Assembly (NCBI GenBank): GCA_964548665.1
Contig: CAZJQL010000003.1
Coordinates: forward strand, 17,194 to 81,193
Length of the DNA: 64,000 nt
Direction: 5' to 3'
Source: an uncultured Methanosarcinales archaeon
GTDB lineage: Archaea > Nanobdellota > Nanobdellia > Woesearchaeales > 21-14-0-10-32-9
The notes under the pieces are model-generated. The model was not told where the DNA came from and did no database searches. It worked only from the letters and a program-made list of their open reading frames with translations. A program made the position numbers and the translations under genes. Below are positions 52,611-62,147 of this stretch, in pieces (within the stretch, counting starts at the first letter, position 1; each line of letters begins with the position of its first letter).

Positions 52611-55403
52611 CTAGTCGTTTTTCTTTTTTTTTAAACTAATTTTTGCTAAAACAAGATCATGCATGTTTCTCAAGAATTGTTGTTTATCCTCCATTTTCAT
52701 AATATCTGAATACCCCATGCTAATTAAATTAAATGCAAAAGGAGTCGGAATCTCAGTATAAATCTCTCTAATAGCAATTTTTCCTGATTCTATGTCTCTA
52801 AGAACTTCTTCTGCATGATAAATATCCATTAAATCTTCAAGAACTTCTCTTCTGGCTTCCTTAAGAATAATAAAGTCATTGTCAATTTTCTTAACAGCAC
52901 TGATAAGAAGTCTGGAACTTAATTGTTGCTTTCCTACGCTCTTATTTCTTCCACGATAATTTCTCAAAATCATAAGAGCGCGACCGGCACAATGTCTGAA
53001 ACGTCTGCCTAGAACTTCTGTCTTTTCAAGAGCATGTTTCATAACCTCTCTCAGAAGATCTGCCTTCAACATACCTAAAGCTCGAGATGCTTGAACATTT
53101 TTTCCCCTAGGAACAACTACGTAAAAACCATTATCGTTGATGTTCATCTCAACGTCTTTACCATGAATTTTGCTAAGTACAAAACCAACCGCCCTACTCA
53201 GAACGTCATTAGTTCTTCTTCCATATAATGAATGAAAAATTATGTATTTATTTTTAGAATCGTCATAATGTTCAATAACTAGCTTTTTATCATGAGGAAT
53301 TTCAGAGTAATCAAACTGCTCTTTAAAATATTCATAAATACTATTTGCACCATATTCATCAACATAAAGATATTCGTGTATGAATTTCAAAATATCTTCT
53401 TTTGATGATTCGCTTGAAAACTGCTCTTCCATATATCTTCTAAATTTTTGAATCTCCATAGCAAGATCAAAGCTTAAAGGCAACATCTCTGAAAACCAAG
53501 AAGGAACTGTTGGAGGTCTGTTGACGCTCGTAGAAACAAAAGCAGTCATTCCTTGAGCATATTTAAATTCATAAGTCTGACCTCCAAGTACAAAAACGTC
53601 GCCCTTTTTCAGACGTTCAAGAAAAGGCTCAGCTATGCTTCCAATATATTGCTTGTCTAATTTTACCTTTACATTGGTTTCATCAGGTATTGTTCCAATA
53701 TTCGTCATATATATTACTCTGGCCATCTTTCCGCGTTTGCCCATTTCTCTCGAAGTCCAATCAACCCAAATCTTTGCATAAACATTTCGGTCTTCAAGAG
53801 AAGCATATTCTCCAGCTAAATACTTTAAAACAGCATCATAATCACTTCTTTCCAAAGAACTAAAGGAATAACTCTTTCTTAAAATGTTGTAAACTTCATC
53901 TATGTTGTTTTTATCTTCAAGAGCTATTCCAAAAATCTGTTGAGCAAGAACATCAAACACATTTTTAGGAACTTGTATTTTGTCAATCTTTTTATCAGTT
54001 GCGGCTTTTAAAAGAACAGAACACTCAACTAAATCATCTCTATCCATCGCAATAATTCTTCCTACTGATATTTCATGTAGTTTATGTCCAGATCTTCCAA
54101 TTCTTTGAAGAGCTCTTGCAACACTCTTAGGGCTTCCTAATAAAATAACAAGATCTATATAACCAATATCTATTCCAAGTTCTAAAGAAGTTGAAGATAC
54201 AACTGCTTTAAGCTTACCTTGTTTTAATCTATTTTCTATGCTTAAACGCAATTCTTGACTCAAAGAACCATGATGAGCACCTATGCTCGCATTTTTTTCA
54301 GACTTTGCTGATTTATTTGATTCAGCTGATGCTTGCTCTAAAACATTTTCCTGATCAGTGGAAAACTCTGAGTCTGCACCATTAGAAATGTTTGTAGGAC
54401 TTTCATCTATCTCAAAATAATTCTTAGGAAATTTATCTTTTAAGAAATGAACAACTCTTTCTGTCGCACTTCTAGTATTTGTAAATACTAATGTTGTTTT
54501 ATGTGTCTGAATTAGCTTATCTACCAAATCATACATTGCATTGTGTGTGTCTTTGAATGATGAACGTATAAGATTTTGAACTGGACTTAATACTTTTAAA
54601 TCCATTTTTTTTATGTAATTAACATCTACTATTTTGCAAGGTCTATGTATTTCTAAATCCGGATCATCAAAGCCTACAAGATATTTAGCAACTTCTTCCA
54701 GAGGAGAAACTGTTGCAGATAAGCCTATTCTGCAAAAATTAGTTGTTCTTTGTAATCTTTCTAAACTTATTGATAAATGAGTTCCACGTTTATTGTCTGC
54801 CAAAGAATGAACTTCATCAACAATTACCCATTCAACAGAGCTAAGTTTATCTCTGAACTTAGATGTTGTTAACATAATTGCAAAAGATTCTGGCGTTGTG
54901 ATAAGAATGTGTGGTGGTTTTCTTAACATTTTAGATCTATCTGAGGTTGATGTATCTCCTGTTCTTATGCCGACTCGTATGTTAAAGTCTTTTTCTGAAC
55001 CACCAAACTCAGAAATATATATTTCCTTTAATTTATCTAATGGCTCATTTAAATTCTTCTGAATATCATTTCCTAATGCTTTTAGAGGACTTATATAAAC
55101 ACAATAAACCTTGTCCTCTAGTCTGGAATTCATCATTAATCCAGTTAGTTCATTAAGTATGGCAGTAAATGCGCTGAGTGTTTTGCCAGAGCCTGTAGGG
55201 CTTGAAACTAAAGTGCTGATACGACTATGGATGTTTAGTATGGAAAATTTTTGTGGAGGAGAAAATTCTTTAAAAGATGAGGTCCACCATTTTTTTATCA
55301 ACGGATTAAAACTATTTAAAATATCGGAGTCTAGATAGGGTTCAGACTGAAAAGTTATCTTTTCAGTAGTTTCTCCATCCGAATATTTGTTCTTTTGAGA
55401 CAT
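52611..55403 (-). CDS. lhr: Lhr-like large ATP-dependent SF2 helicase
   Basis: Walker A SPTGSGKTLSAF, DEVH box (VDEVHSL), SAT (LSATV), motif VI QRIGRSGH, and a long C-terminal DEAD-associated region. 930 aa. Confidence 0.85.
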   Translation of the reverse strand: MSQKNKYSDGETTEKITFQSEPYLDSDILNSFNPLIKKWWTSSFKEFSPPQKFSILNIHSRISTLVSSPTGSGKTLSAFTAILNELTGLMMNSRLEDKVYCVYISPLKALGNDIQKNLNEPLDKLKEIYISEFGGSEKDFNIRVGIRTGDTSTSDRSKMLRKPPHILITTPESFAIMLTTSKFRDKLSSVEWVIVDEVHSLADNKRGTHLSISLERLQRTTNFCRIGLSATVSPLEEVAKYLVGFDDPDLEIHRPCKIVDVNYIKKMDLKVLSPVQNLIRSSFKDTHNAMYDLVDKLIQTHKTTLVFTNTRSATERVVHFLKDKFPKNYFEIDESPTNISNGADSEFSTDQENVLEQASAESNKSAKSEKNASIGAHHGSLSQELRLSIENRLKQGKLKAVVSSTSLELGIDIGYIDLVILLGSPKSVARALQRIGRSGHKLHEISVGRIIAMDRDDLVECSVLLKAATDKKIDKIQVPKNVFDVLAQQIFGIALEDKNNIDEVYNILRKSYSFSSLERSDYDAVLKYLAGEYASLEDRNVYAKIWVDWTSREMGKRGKMARVIYMTNIGTIPDETNVKVKLDKQYIGSIAEPFLERLKKGDVFVLGGQTYEFKYAQGMTAFVSTSVNRPPTVPSWFSEMLPLSFDLAMEIQKFRRYMEEQFSSESSKEDILKFIHEYLYVDEYGANSIYEYFKEQFDYSEIPHDKKLVIEHYDDSKNKYIIFHSLYGRRTNDVLSRAVGFVLSKIHGKDVEMNINDNGFYVVVPRGKNVQASRALGMLKADLLREVMKHALEKTEVLGRRFRHCAGRALMILRNYRGRNKSVGKQQLSSRLLISAVKKIDNDFIILKEARREVLEDLMDIYHAEEVLRDIESGKIAIREIYTEIPTPFAFNLISMGYSDIMKMEDKQQFLRNMHDLVLAKISLKKKKND

Positions 55404-55456
55404 TGTATTCTAGAACAACAAAATTATTTATAAAGACTATTAAAGATTGACCAGTG

Positions 55457-56164
55457 TTAAAGTTTTTCTATATTCTCTATTTTTCCAAAATAATAAACTT
55501 TATCCTCAATAACAAAAGCTTCGAATTTACTTATATTTTGTTTTAAAAAAGGACTTAGAAGTCTTTCTTTTAACACATCTGTGCCCTCAGTTATAGGATT
55601 AAATGAAGGAGTAACAATTAGAATCTTTTCATTATACTTTCCTTTCAAAAAACATTTGTATTTCTCAATTCTGGCGCCGTCCTTAAGAGTTATAGCTGGA
55701 TGTTCGTGACCTATTATGATGTTTTTAGCTTTCTTAAATTCATTATTTTTAGGAATTATGTCTCCATGACAAATATATGTATTTTTATGAACGAAAAAAT
55801 CTCTTATTATTATTCCAGAATTTTTTGCTAAGGGCTCTAAAACTTTATCATGGTTTCCTTTAATGATGATGACTTCAGATTTTTTTTTCAAGAAACTAAG
55901 TAATTCTGTTATTTGATTCCAATCTTTTCTTGTTATTTTACCAAATTCATGCTTTAAATCACCATTTATGATTATTGTTTTAGGCTTCGTTGTATTAACT
56001 GTGTTTTCTATTGAGTTCATGACTTGTTTGAATTGATTTTGCGGTATGAGTATGCCTGAATTATGCATAGACTCCTCTTGACCTACGTGTATGTCTGAAA
56101 TTATCAGAATATCATCTAGAAGTAAACAAAGCCCAACTATTTTACACCCTTTGAATATTTCCAT
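55457..56164 (-). CDS. Calcineurin-like metallophosphoesterase (Lhr-associated MPE type)
   Basis: ISDIHVG, INGDLKHEF, GNHD and GHEHP metallophosphoesterase motifs. It lies immediately downstream of lhr, as in many archaea. Confidence 0.8.
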   Translation of the reverse strand: MEIFKGCKIVGLCLLLDDILIISDIHVGQEESMHNSGILIPQNQFKQVMNSIENTVNTTKPKTIIINGDLKHEFGKITRKDWNQITELLSFLKKKSEVIIIKGNHDKVLEPLAKNSGIIIRDFFVHKNTYICHGDIIPKNNEFKKAKNIIIGHEHPAITLKDGARIEKYKCFLKGKYNEKILIVTPSFNPITEGTDVLKERLLSPFLKQNISKFEAFVIEDKVYYFGKIENIEKL

Positions 56165-56181
56165 AATTATTAATACTGTTG

Positions 56182-56715
56182 CTAACTTTGTGCTGAAGTC
56201 TTATTCTTTTTCTGAGAAGTTATTTCGTTTTCAATTTCCTTTATTCTTTCTTTTAGGAAATCGATGGTCCTTGTATTATCTTGATGATGCATTATCTCTC
56301 CGCACTCAGGACACTTAAAATTAAATTCTAATGCTTTATCGAAATCCATTCTTGCACAGGCATTTCTGCATAGATAAAATTGGTTTGCTTGTTCTTTATC
56401 TAATCTTTCTTGAAGCTTGCTTAATTTATTTTCTTTTATTTTATCATCCAAATAGGGAATCATGTCTTCGTTTAGATCCCAGTAACAAATGTACCATCCT
56501 TTTATCTTATCTTTTTTTCTTATAAATGAAACAATGTTGTGATCGAGAAGTTTGTAGAGAAGAAAGCGCGTTTTGTGGATTTCAAGATCGAGTTCTTCAG
56601 AAATTATGAATTCTGAGATCTTAGTTTTTCCTTTTAGATAATTAACTATGGGGAGAGCTTCATCTGACACGAGTTCTGTAACAACCTTTTCCATTAGCTT
56701 ATCTTTTGTTGACAT
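56182..56715 (-). CDS. tfe: Transcription factor E (TFE alpha / TFIIE-alpha homologue)
   Basis: N-terminal winged helix (ISEFIISEELDLEIHKTRFLLYKLLDHNIV...GWYICYW) and a Zn ribbon (CRNACARMDF...CPECGEIM). Confidence 0.85.
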   Translation of the reverse strand: MSTKDKLMEKVVTELVSDEALPIVNYLKGKTKISEFIISEELDLEIHKTRFLLYKLLDHNIVSFIRKKDKIKGWYICYWDLNEDMIPYLDDKIKENKLSKLQERLDKEQANQFYLCRNACARMDFDKALEFNFKCPECGEIMHHQDNTRTIDFLKERIKEIENEITSQKKNKTSAQS

Positions 56716-56960
56716 TGTGTGCTTGAGGCTTAATAAGCCTACATTGGTTTCTTTTTGTTCGGATCTAAAGAGGCATTTTGACCTGAACGTTAATTTTCCT
56801 GCTCAAATGCCAGAAGACATTTTCAGGGATAAACTTTTGATTTTTTGCTTTATAAAGTTTACGATAACTTCTTGGTTTATTATTCCGAACCTCTTTTATT
56901 TAACCACAAATTCTCGAACGCCTATTGTAGTAATTCTTCAGTAGTTAAAAAGCTTTTGTT

Positions 56961-58226
56961 TTAGAAGTTATTTATTCTCGTTTGAGATTTCATTTCTTTA
57001 TAAAGCTTGCTCTTAGCTAAAAAAACACTTAAATTCACGTTAAATCGTTTTTTAAGCAGTATTTCGGCGTATTTTAACATCAAAGTCTCTGATTCGAACT
57101 CCATGGCGGGAGAATTTAAAGCAGTTCTAGATGCTTCTCTCACAACCCAAACTCCTAAAGGTGCCCAATACTCTTCAGTTATAAATCTAAGCACTAAAAC
57201 TCTTCCATTAACCTTTTTTCGTTCCAAATACTCCAACACCGCCAATCTAGATGCATAATATCCACCTACTGTGTTTGAAGCATAACTTTTTCTACTAAAA
57301 GCCCCCTCAAAATCTTGAGCGGATTCAAAAATATCTGGGTTTGATAATCCTGAACCAACATAAGTTTCAAATAATTCAAAACTCCAAGGTCCCGGAAAAA
57401 ATAATACAAGATAATAATTTCCCAGGTAACCACCAAAAAAAGCACTAAATGAGCAACTCTCAAAGTGTTCTCTGGTGCTTATCATGTTCTTTCCAAGAGT
57501 ATCGTCCACTGCCGTAATTGACCATTTTGTAGGCACAATTTTTCTTTCAAGTTTTGTCCCTAAATTTCCTCCACTAAAAATTTTAGTTAAATAATGCTCA
57601 TCAAAATTTTTCTTTCTAAGCTCCAAAATTGCAGATGATGCTTTAAGATCAGTGTCGGACTCAAATTTCTGAACAAAAACAGGAACTTTTGGATTCTCAT
57701 TAACAACTATGTTCTTTAAAACTGCTGTAGGGCCATGAGGAAGCAAATCTTGTTTAAAACTAAAACTTGACGGATCATAAAATGAAATCTTTTTAGAAAA
57801 AGAAACCTCTGCATCCACAGGATTTATTGCTAAGCTCACTTCTTTCAATTTATCTGAAAAAGAATTCGTGCTTAATTTAGATATTTGTATGTTTGTTTTA
57901 GAATTAACGATACTACTTCTTAAAGTTATAATCTTGTCAATAGGAAACAAATCAGGACTTGATTTCCAAACTAAGGGAGAATCAACAAAACCACGTTCTT
58001 CCTGATTTTGAGAAGATAAAAATCCTGCATTTACACTAGGATAACCATAATCTCCGATTAAAATGTTAGGGATGTTTCCAGTTAAATAAGTTTTGCCTTC
58101 CAGTTGAGCTCTTAGAGAACGTCTAAACGATGAAAGTTTATTCAAAAAACGTAGTTTATCTATGCCTTTTATGGATGAATCTTTGCCTGTAAATTTTAGA
58201 GTATTCTCGGTTTTTGAATTGTCCAT
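56961..58226 (-). CDS. Nre-family (COG1602, DUF650/DUF651) archaeal DNA-repair-associated protein
   Basis: PNILIGDYGYPSVNAGFL (Nre_N-like vFVGr.gYP.v) and GGYYASRLAVLEYL...EEYWAPLGVWVVREASR (Nre_C-like) patterns, recognised from memory. Confidence 0.5.
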   Translation of the reverse strand: MDNSKTENTLKFTGKDSSIKGIDKLRFLNKLSSFRRSLRAQLEGKTYLTGNIPNILIGDYGYPSVNAGFLSSQNQEERGFVDSPLVWKSSPDLFPIDKIITLRSSIVNSKTNIQISKLSTNSFSDKLKEVSLAINPVDAEVSFSKKISFYDPSSFSFKQDLLPHGPTAVLKNIVVNENPKVPVFVQKFESDTDLKASSAILELRKKNFDEHYLTKIFSGGNLGTKLERKIVPTKWSITAVDDTLGKNMISTREHFESCSFSAFFGGYLGNYYLVLFFPGPWSFELFETYVGSGLSNPDIFESAQDFEGAFSRKSYASNTVGGYYASRLAVLEYLERKKVNGRVLVLRFITEEYWAPLGVWVVREASRTALNSPAMEFESETLMLKYAEILLKKRFNVNLSVFLAKSKLYKEMKSQTRINNF

Positions 58227-58398
58227 ATACTAAGAAAAATATTCTCAAATATAATTATTTCTAGTGTTATTTGTAGATATAAATTTGTGTACAGATACGT
58301 GTAGATATAACTTGATGCTTGAACTAGCTGTTCAATAATTGTTTGTTTAAAATAGCAATCTTTAAATAGGAATGTAAATAAAAACCATAAGAGTTATT

Positions 58399-59376
58399 AT
58401 GTATAAAAAAAAGAGGGGTCAGGCAGCTTTAGAGTTTTTAACTACTTATGGTTGGGCTTTAATGGCAGTACTTCTCGCTATAGCAGCATTATCTTACTTC
58501 GGTTTCCTTGACACAAGCAGATATGTTTCAGAAAGATGCGATACAGGATCTCAGATACAATGCTTAGAAGCGTATATTGAGGAAAGTGGAGCATTCAGAA
58601 TAAATCTGAGAAACAATTATCCTGTAGATATAACAATAACAGATGTTATCCTAAAATTTGGTAATCAAGAATACGATTTAGAGATTGATCAAGACATATT
58701 AAAGGGCAGATCTAAAATAATAGGTGCTGAAACCATTTTACCAGAAGGAACAGTTATAGAAAAAGAAAAAAATACTATTCAACTCAAAATAAGCTTTAAG
58801 AGAACAACAAGCAATAATGTGTACAATTTAAGTGGTGATGCTGTTTTAAGAACATATGCTTCAACTTGTGGAAATGCAGTTATTGATACTGGTGAAGAAT
58901 GCGATGGAATTACTGTCGGCACAGAAACTTGTTCTAATTTTGGATATAGCTTCGGAGTTCTTTCATGCACTGATTCTTGTTCATATGATCTTTCAGGGTG
59001 TAGTGCTGTTCAAGTTCCTCAACCAGATGGTTCCTCATGTACGCTCGGAACTGGCTGCGAAAGCGGGCTTTGTGTAAACGGATTTTGCAGAGCAGACTGT
59101 TCAATTACTTACTATGGACAAGTGTGTAGTGATGATTCAAAAACATATAATGCAGATGGAATTTGTGCATATGTTGGAATGATTCAATCACCAATAACAG
59201 GAAATGCGTGCCAAGAAACACATGTGGCAAGAGTAGGAGACGCACATTATGAAGTATGCGGATCAGATTTATCTGGAGATTCAAATGCATGTGATACAAA
59301 TACCACTGGAGGGTATGTTGCAGATGGTACTTGTCAAGGAAGTATTTGTTGTGCAGGTGGCGGAGAATGCGGTTAA
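58399..59376 (+). CDS. Class III (pilin-like) signal peptide protein with a Cys-rich C-terminal domain
   Basis: The N-terminus [35 protein letters not shown] is near-identical to that of 19224. The C-terminal ~170 aa have about 26 Cys, including CGNAVIDTGEECDG (the pattern of the DUF4215 / Myxococcus Cys-rich repeat). Confidence 0.75.
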   Translation: MYKKKRGQAALEFLTTYGWALMAVLLAIAALSYFGFLDTSRYVSERCDTGSQIQCLEAYIEESGAFRINLRNNYPVDITITDVILKFGNQEYDLEIDQDILKGRSKIIGAETILPEGTVIEKEKNTIQLKISFKRTTSNNVYNLSGDAVLRTYASTCGNAVIDTGEECDGITVGTETCSNFGYSFGVLSCTDSCSYDLSGCSAVQVPQPDGSSCTLGTGCESGLCVNGFCRADCSITYYGQVCSDDSKTYNADGICAYVGMIQSPITGNACQETHVARVGDAHYEVCGSDLSGDSNACDTNTTGGYVADGTCQGSICCAGGGECG

Positions 59377-59394
59377 TAAATTTCTTCATTTAAT

Positions 59395-60411
59395 TTATCT
59401 ATAATCTATAATTACTTCATCAGTTCGTTCATAAGGATTTATTGCAGTGTTATTAATATCTCCGCTCTTTTCAGAAGAAAATTTAAGCAAACCAGTCCAA
59501 GCAATCATCGCAGCATTATCCACCAAGAATTGATTCTCAGGACAAAAAGATTTAGCGCCTCTCGATTCACACATAATTCTGCACATTTCCTGTAATCTTT
59601 TATTACAAGCAACTCCTCCGCCTAAAACTACTTCTGTCTTGCCAGTATGTGCAAGAGCTCGCTCTGAAACCTCGACAAGCATAGCAAAAACAGTTTCTTG
59701 AACAGAATAACACAAATCTTCCTTAGAATAAACATTCTCCTGAATTTTATGTTTTAAATTAGTTAATAAACCTCCAAAAGATACATCCATTCCCTTAACT
59801 GAATAAGGCAATTTTATGTAGTTCTTGCCTTGTTTTGCGAGTTGCTCAATTTTAGGTCCGGCAGGAAAACCTAAACCCAGCTCTCTTCCAAATGAATCCA
59901 AAAAATTTCCTATACCAATATCTAACGTTTCTCCAAAAACTCTATATTTTTCTGCTTCATAAGCAATTATCTGGGTATTTGCGCCAGAAGCATAAAGTAG
60001 AATGGGATCTTCTGCTCCAGTCATAACTCTTCCTATCTCTAGATGAGCAATACAATGATTTACAGGAACAATAGGAATATTTAATTGTAAAGCCAAAGAT
60101 CTTGCAAAAACAGCACCTATTCTAAGAGTGTGTCCTATGCCTGGGCTATTAGAAAAAGCAATAAGATTAACATCTTTCAATTTGATTCCTGATTTTGCGA
60201 GTGCATTCTTTAATATTGTATCAAAAACTTCAACATGATGATCAGCAACATCTCCAGGAATCATGCCTCCTGACTTCGTGGTATATGCGTCTTTTTCGTT
60301 CGCGAGAACAGTTTTTCCTCGTATAATAGAAACTCCGAGTGTATGCGCAGTACTCTCTATTCCAAGCACAACAAAATTTTCATACTCCTCAAATTTAGTT
60401 ATTTTAGACAT
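59395..60411 (-). CDS. kae1: tRNA N6-adenosine threonylcarbamoyltransferase Kae1 (KEOPS catalytic subunit)
   Basis: GIESTAHTLGVSII, the metal-binding HCIAHLE, NSPGIGHTLRIG, GGGVACNKRLQEM and DNAAMIA motifs. There is no fused Bud32 domain. Confidence 0.9.
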   Translation of the reverse strand: MSKITKFEEYENFVVLGIESTAHTLGVSIIRGKTVLANEKDAYTTKSGGMIPGDVADHHVEVFDTILKNALAKSGIKLKDVNLIAFSNSPGIGHTLRIGAVFARSLALQLNIPIVPVNHCIAHLEIGRVMTGAEDPILLYASGANTQIIAYEAEKYRVFGETLDIGIGNFLDSFGRELGLGFPAGPKIEQLAKQGKNYIKLPYSVKGMDVSFGGLLTNLKHKIQENVYSKEDLCYSVQETVFAMLVEVSERALAHTGKTEVVLGGGVACNKRLQEMCRIMCESRGAKSFCPENQFLVDNAAMIAWTGLLKFSSEKSGDINNTAINPYERTDEVIIDYR

Positions 60412-60575
60412 AAGTTCAGAATATTTGACTTATTTATATTTCTTATTCCTATTTTTTTCACATTTCTTATTCACAGTTAGTTTCATTATTTATTTAAAAA
60501 ACCCATATTTGAAAAAAACATTTAAATAAGACTCTGTTTCAAAGTAGTGTGTATTGTTTATGTTGAGAGGATAAT

Positions 60576-62147
60576 ATGGCTGATAAAAAACAAGAGCAAA
60601 CAAATAGTAGAACTAAAAAAAATGAAGAAGATCAAATAATTCCTGATGCAGGTTTAGGTTCTGGACAAAAATTAGTAGAGGAAAGATTAAAAAAGCTTCA
60701 AGAAATAAAAGAGTCGGGAGTTAATCCTTATCCTTATAAGTATTCAAAAAATTCAGATTCAGCTAAAATAAAAGAGAAATATTCTAATCTAAAACCGGAG
60801 GAACATTCAAAAGATTCGGTTAAAGTAGCTGGAAGAGTGATGCTTCTCAGAAGAATGGGTAAAGTATCTTTTGCAACAATAAAAGATAATCATGGAACAA
60901 TACAACTATACTTAAGAAGTGAAGACGTTGGAGAAGAGAATTATGATCTTCTTAAAAAATTTGATCTTGGAGACTTTATAGGTGCAGAGGGAGAAATATT
61001 TAGAACAAAAATGGGCGAAATAAGCATTTATGTTAGAAAATTCGAGATGCTTTGTAAATCAATAAGACCTCTTCCAGATAAATTTCACGGACTTAAAGAT
61101 CAAGAGTTGAAATACAGGAAAAGATATCTAGATTTAATTATGAATAATGAATCAAGAGAAATTTTGGAAAAAAGAATGAAGATGATGCATGCAATAAGAG
61201 AATTCATGAATAAGCAAGGATTCTTGGAAGTTGAAACTCCAATACTTCATCCAATATATGGTGGTGCTGCTGCTAAGCCATTTAAGACATTTCATAATGA
61301 TCTTAAAATGGAATTATTTTTAAGAATAAGCCCAGAACTTTATCTAAAAAGACTAATTGTCGGCGGATTTGAAAAAGTCTATGATATAAATAAAAATTTT
61401 AGAAACGAAAGTATTGATACAACTCATAATCCGGAATTTACAATGCTTGAAGCATACTGGGCTTATGTCGATTACAATGATATTATGAAATTGACAGAAG
61501 ATCTATATGAATATGTTGCTATAAAAGTGAATGGAACAACAAAATCGGTTTACAAAGGGCAAGAAATAGATGTTAAAGCACCTTGGAAAAGAATAACTAT
61601 GCTAGATGCAATAAAGCAATATGCGGGAATTGATGCGGGAAACATGACTTCGGCTCAATTAAAAGAATTTGTAGATAAAAACAACGTAGAATTTAACTCA
61701 GAGGATACTTGGGGTAATTATGTCATAGCAATATTTGAACACTTCTGTGAACACAAATTTGTTCAGCCGACATTTGTAATAGATCATCCTGAAGAGTCAA
61801 CGCCTTTATGTAAACGACACAGAAAAGATCCAAGATTAATAGAACGATTTGAGCCTTTTTGCTGCGGAATGGAATTAGCAAATGCTTATTCTGAGTTAAA
61901 TGATCCGTTGCATCAAAGAAAATTATTAGAAGATCAGGCAAGACAACTCAAAGCTGGAAATGAAGAAGCTAATCCTGTGGATGAGGATTTCTTGGAGGCA
62001 ATTGATCATGGAATGCCTCCAACCGGAGGATTAGGAATAGGGCTGGACAGAATGGCTATGCTTATACTAGGCCAAGAATCAATAAGAGATGTTATTTTGT
62101 TTCCAACAATGAAACCAGAAAACCAAGGTCAAAAAAATGACGAATAA
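60576..62147 (+). CDS. lysS: Lysyl-tRNA synthetase, class II
   Basis: OB domain (VAGRVMLLRRMGKVSFATIKDNHGTIQLY), LRISPELYLKRLIVGGFEKVYDINKNFRNE...HNPEFTMLEAY (motif 2) and GGLGIGLDRMAMLIL (motif 3). Confidence 0.9.
   Translation: MADKKQEQTNSRTKKNEEDQIIPDAGLGSGQKLVEERLKKLQEIKESGVNPYPYKYSKNSDSAKIKEKYSNLKPEEHSKDSVKVAGRVMLLRRMGKVSFATIKDNHGTIQLYLRSEDVGEENYDLLKKFDLGDFIGAEGEIFRTKMGEISIYVRKFEMLCKSIRPLPDKFHGLKDQELKYRKRYLDLIMNNESREILEKRMKMMHAIREFMNKQGFLEVETPILHPIYGGAAAKPFKTFHNDLKMELFLRISPELYLKRLIVGGFEKVYDINKNFRNESIDTTHNPEFTMLEAYWAYVDYNDIMKLTEDLYEYVAIKVNGTTKSVYKGQEIDVKAPWKRITMLDAIKQYAGIDAGNMTSAQLKEFVDKNNVEFNSEDTWGNYVIAIFEHFCEHKFVQPTFVIDHPEESTPLCKRHRKDPRLIERFEPFCCGMELANAYSELNDPLHQRKLLEDQARQLKAGNEEANPVDEDFLEAIDHGMPPTGGLGIGLDRMAMLILGQESIRDVILFPTMKPENQGQKNDE

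Noticed and set aside
56716-56960. ORF 56648-56944 (plus strand, 98 aa), or a hidden gene, in the 245-nt spacer between tfe and the Nre-like gene. There is also a small hairpin, AGGCTTaatAAGCCT, just upstream of the tfe start.
   Set aside because: The plus ORF overlaps the tfe 5' end antisense and has shadow-ORF composition. All minus-strand ATGs in the spacer hit stops within a few codons. The hairpin is only 6 bp.
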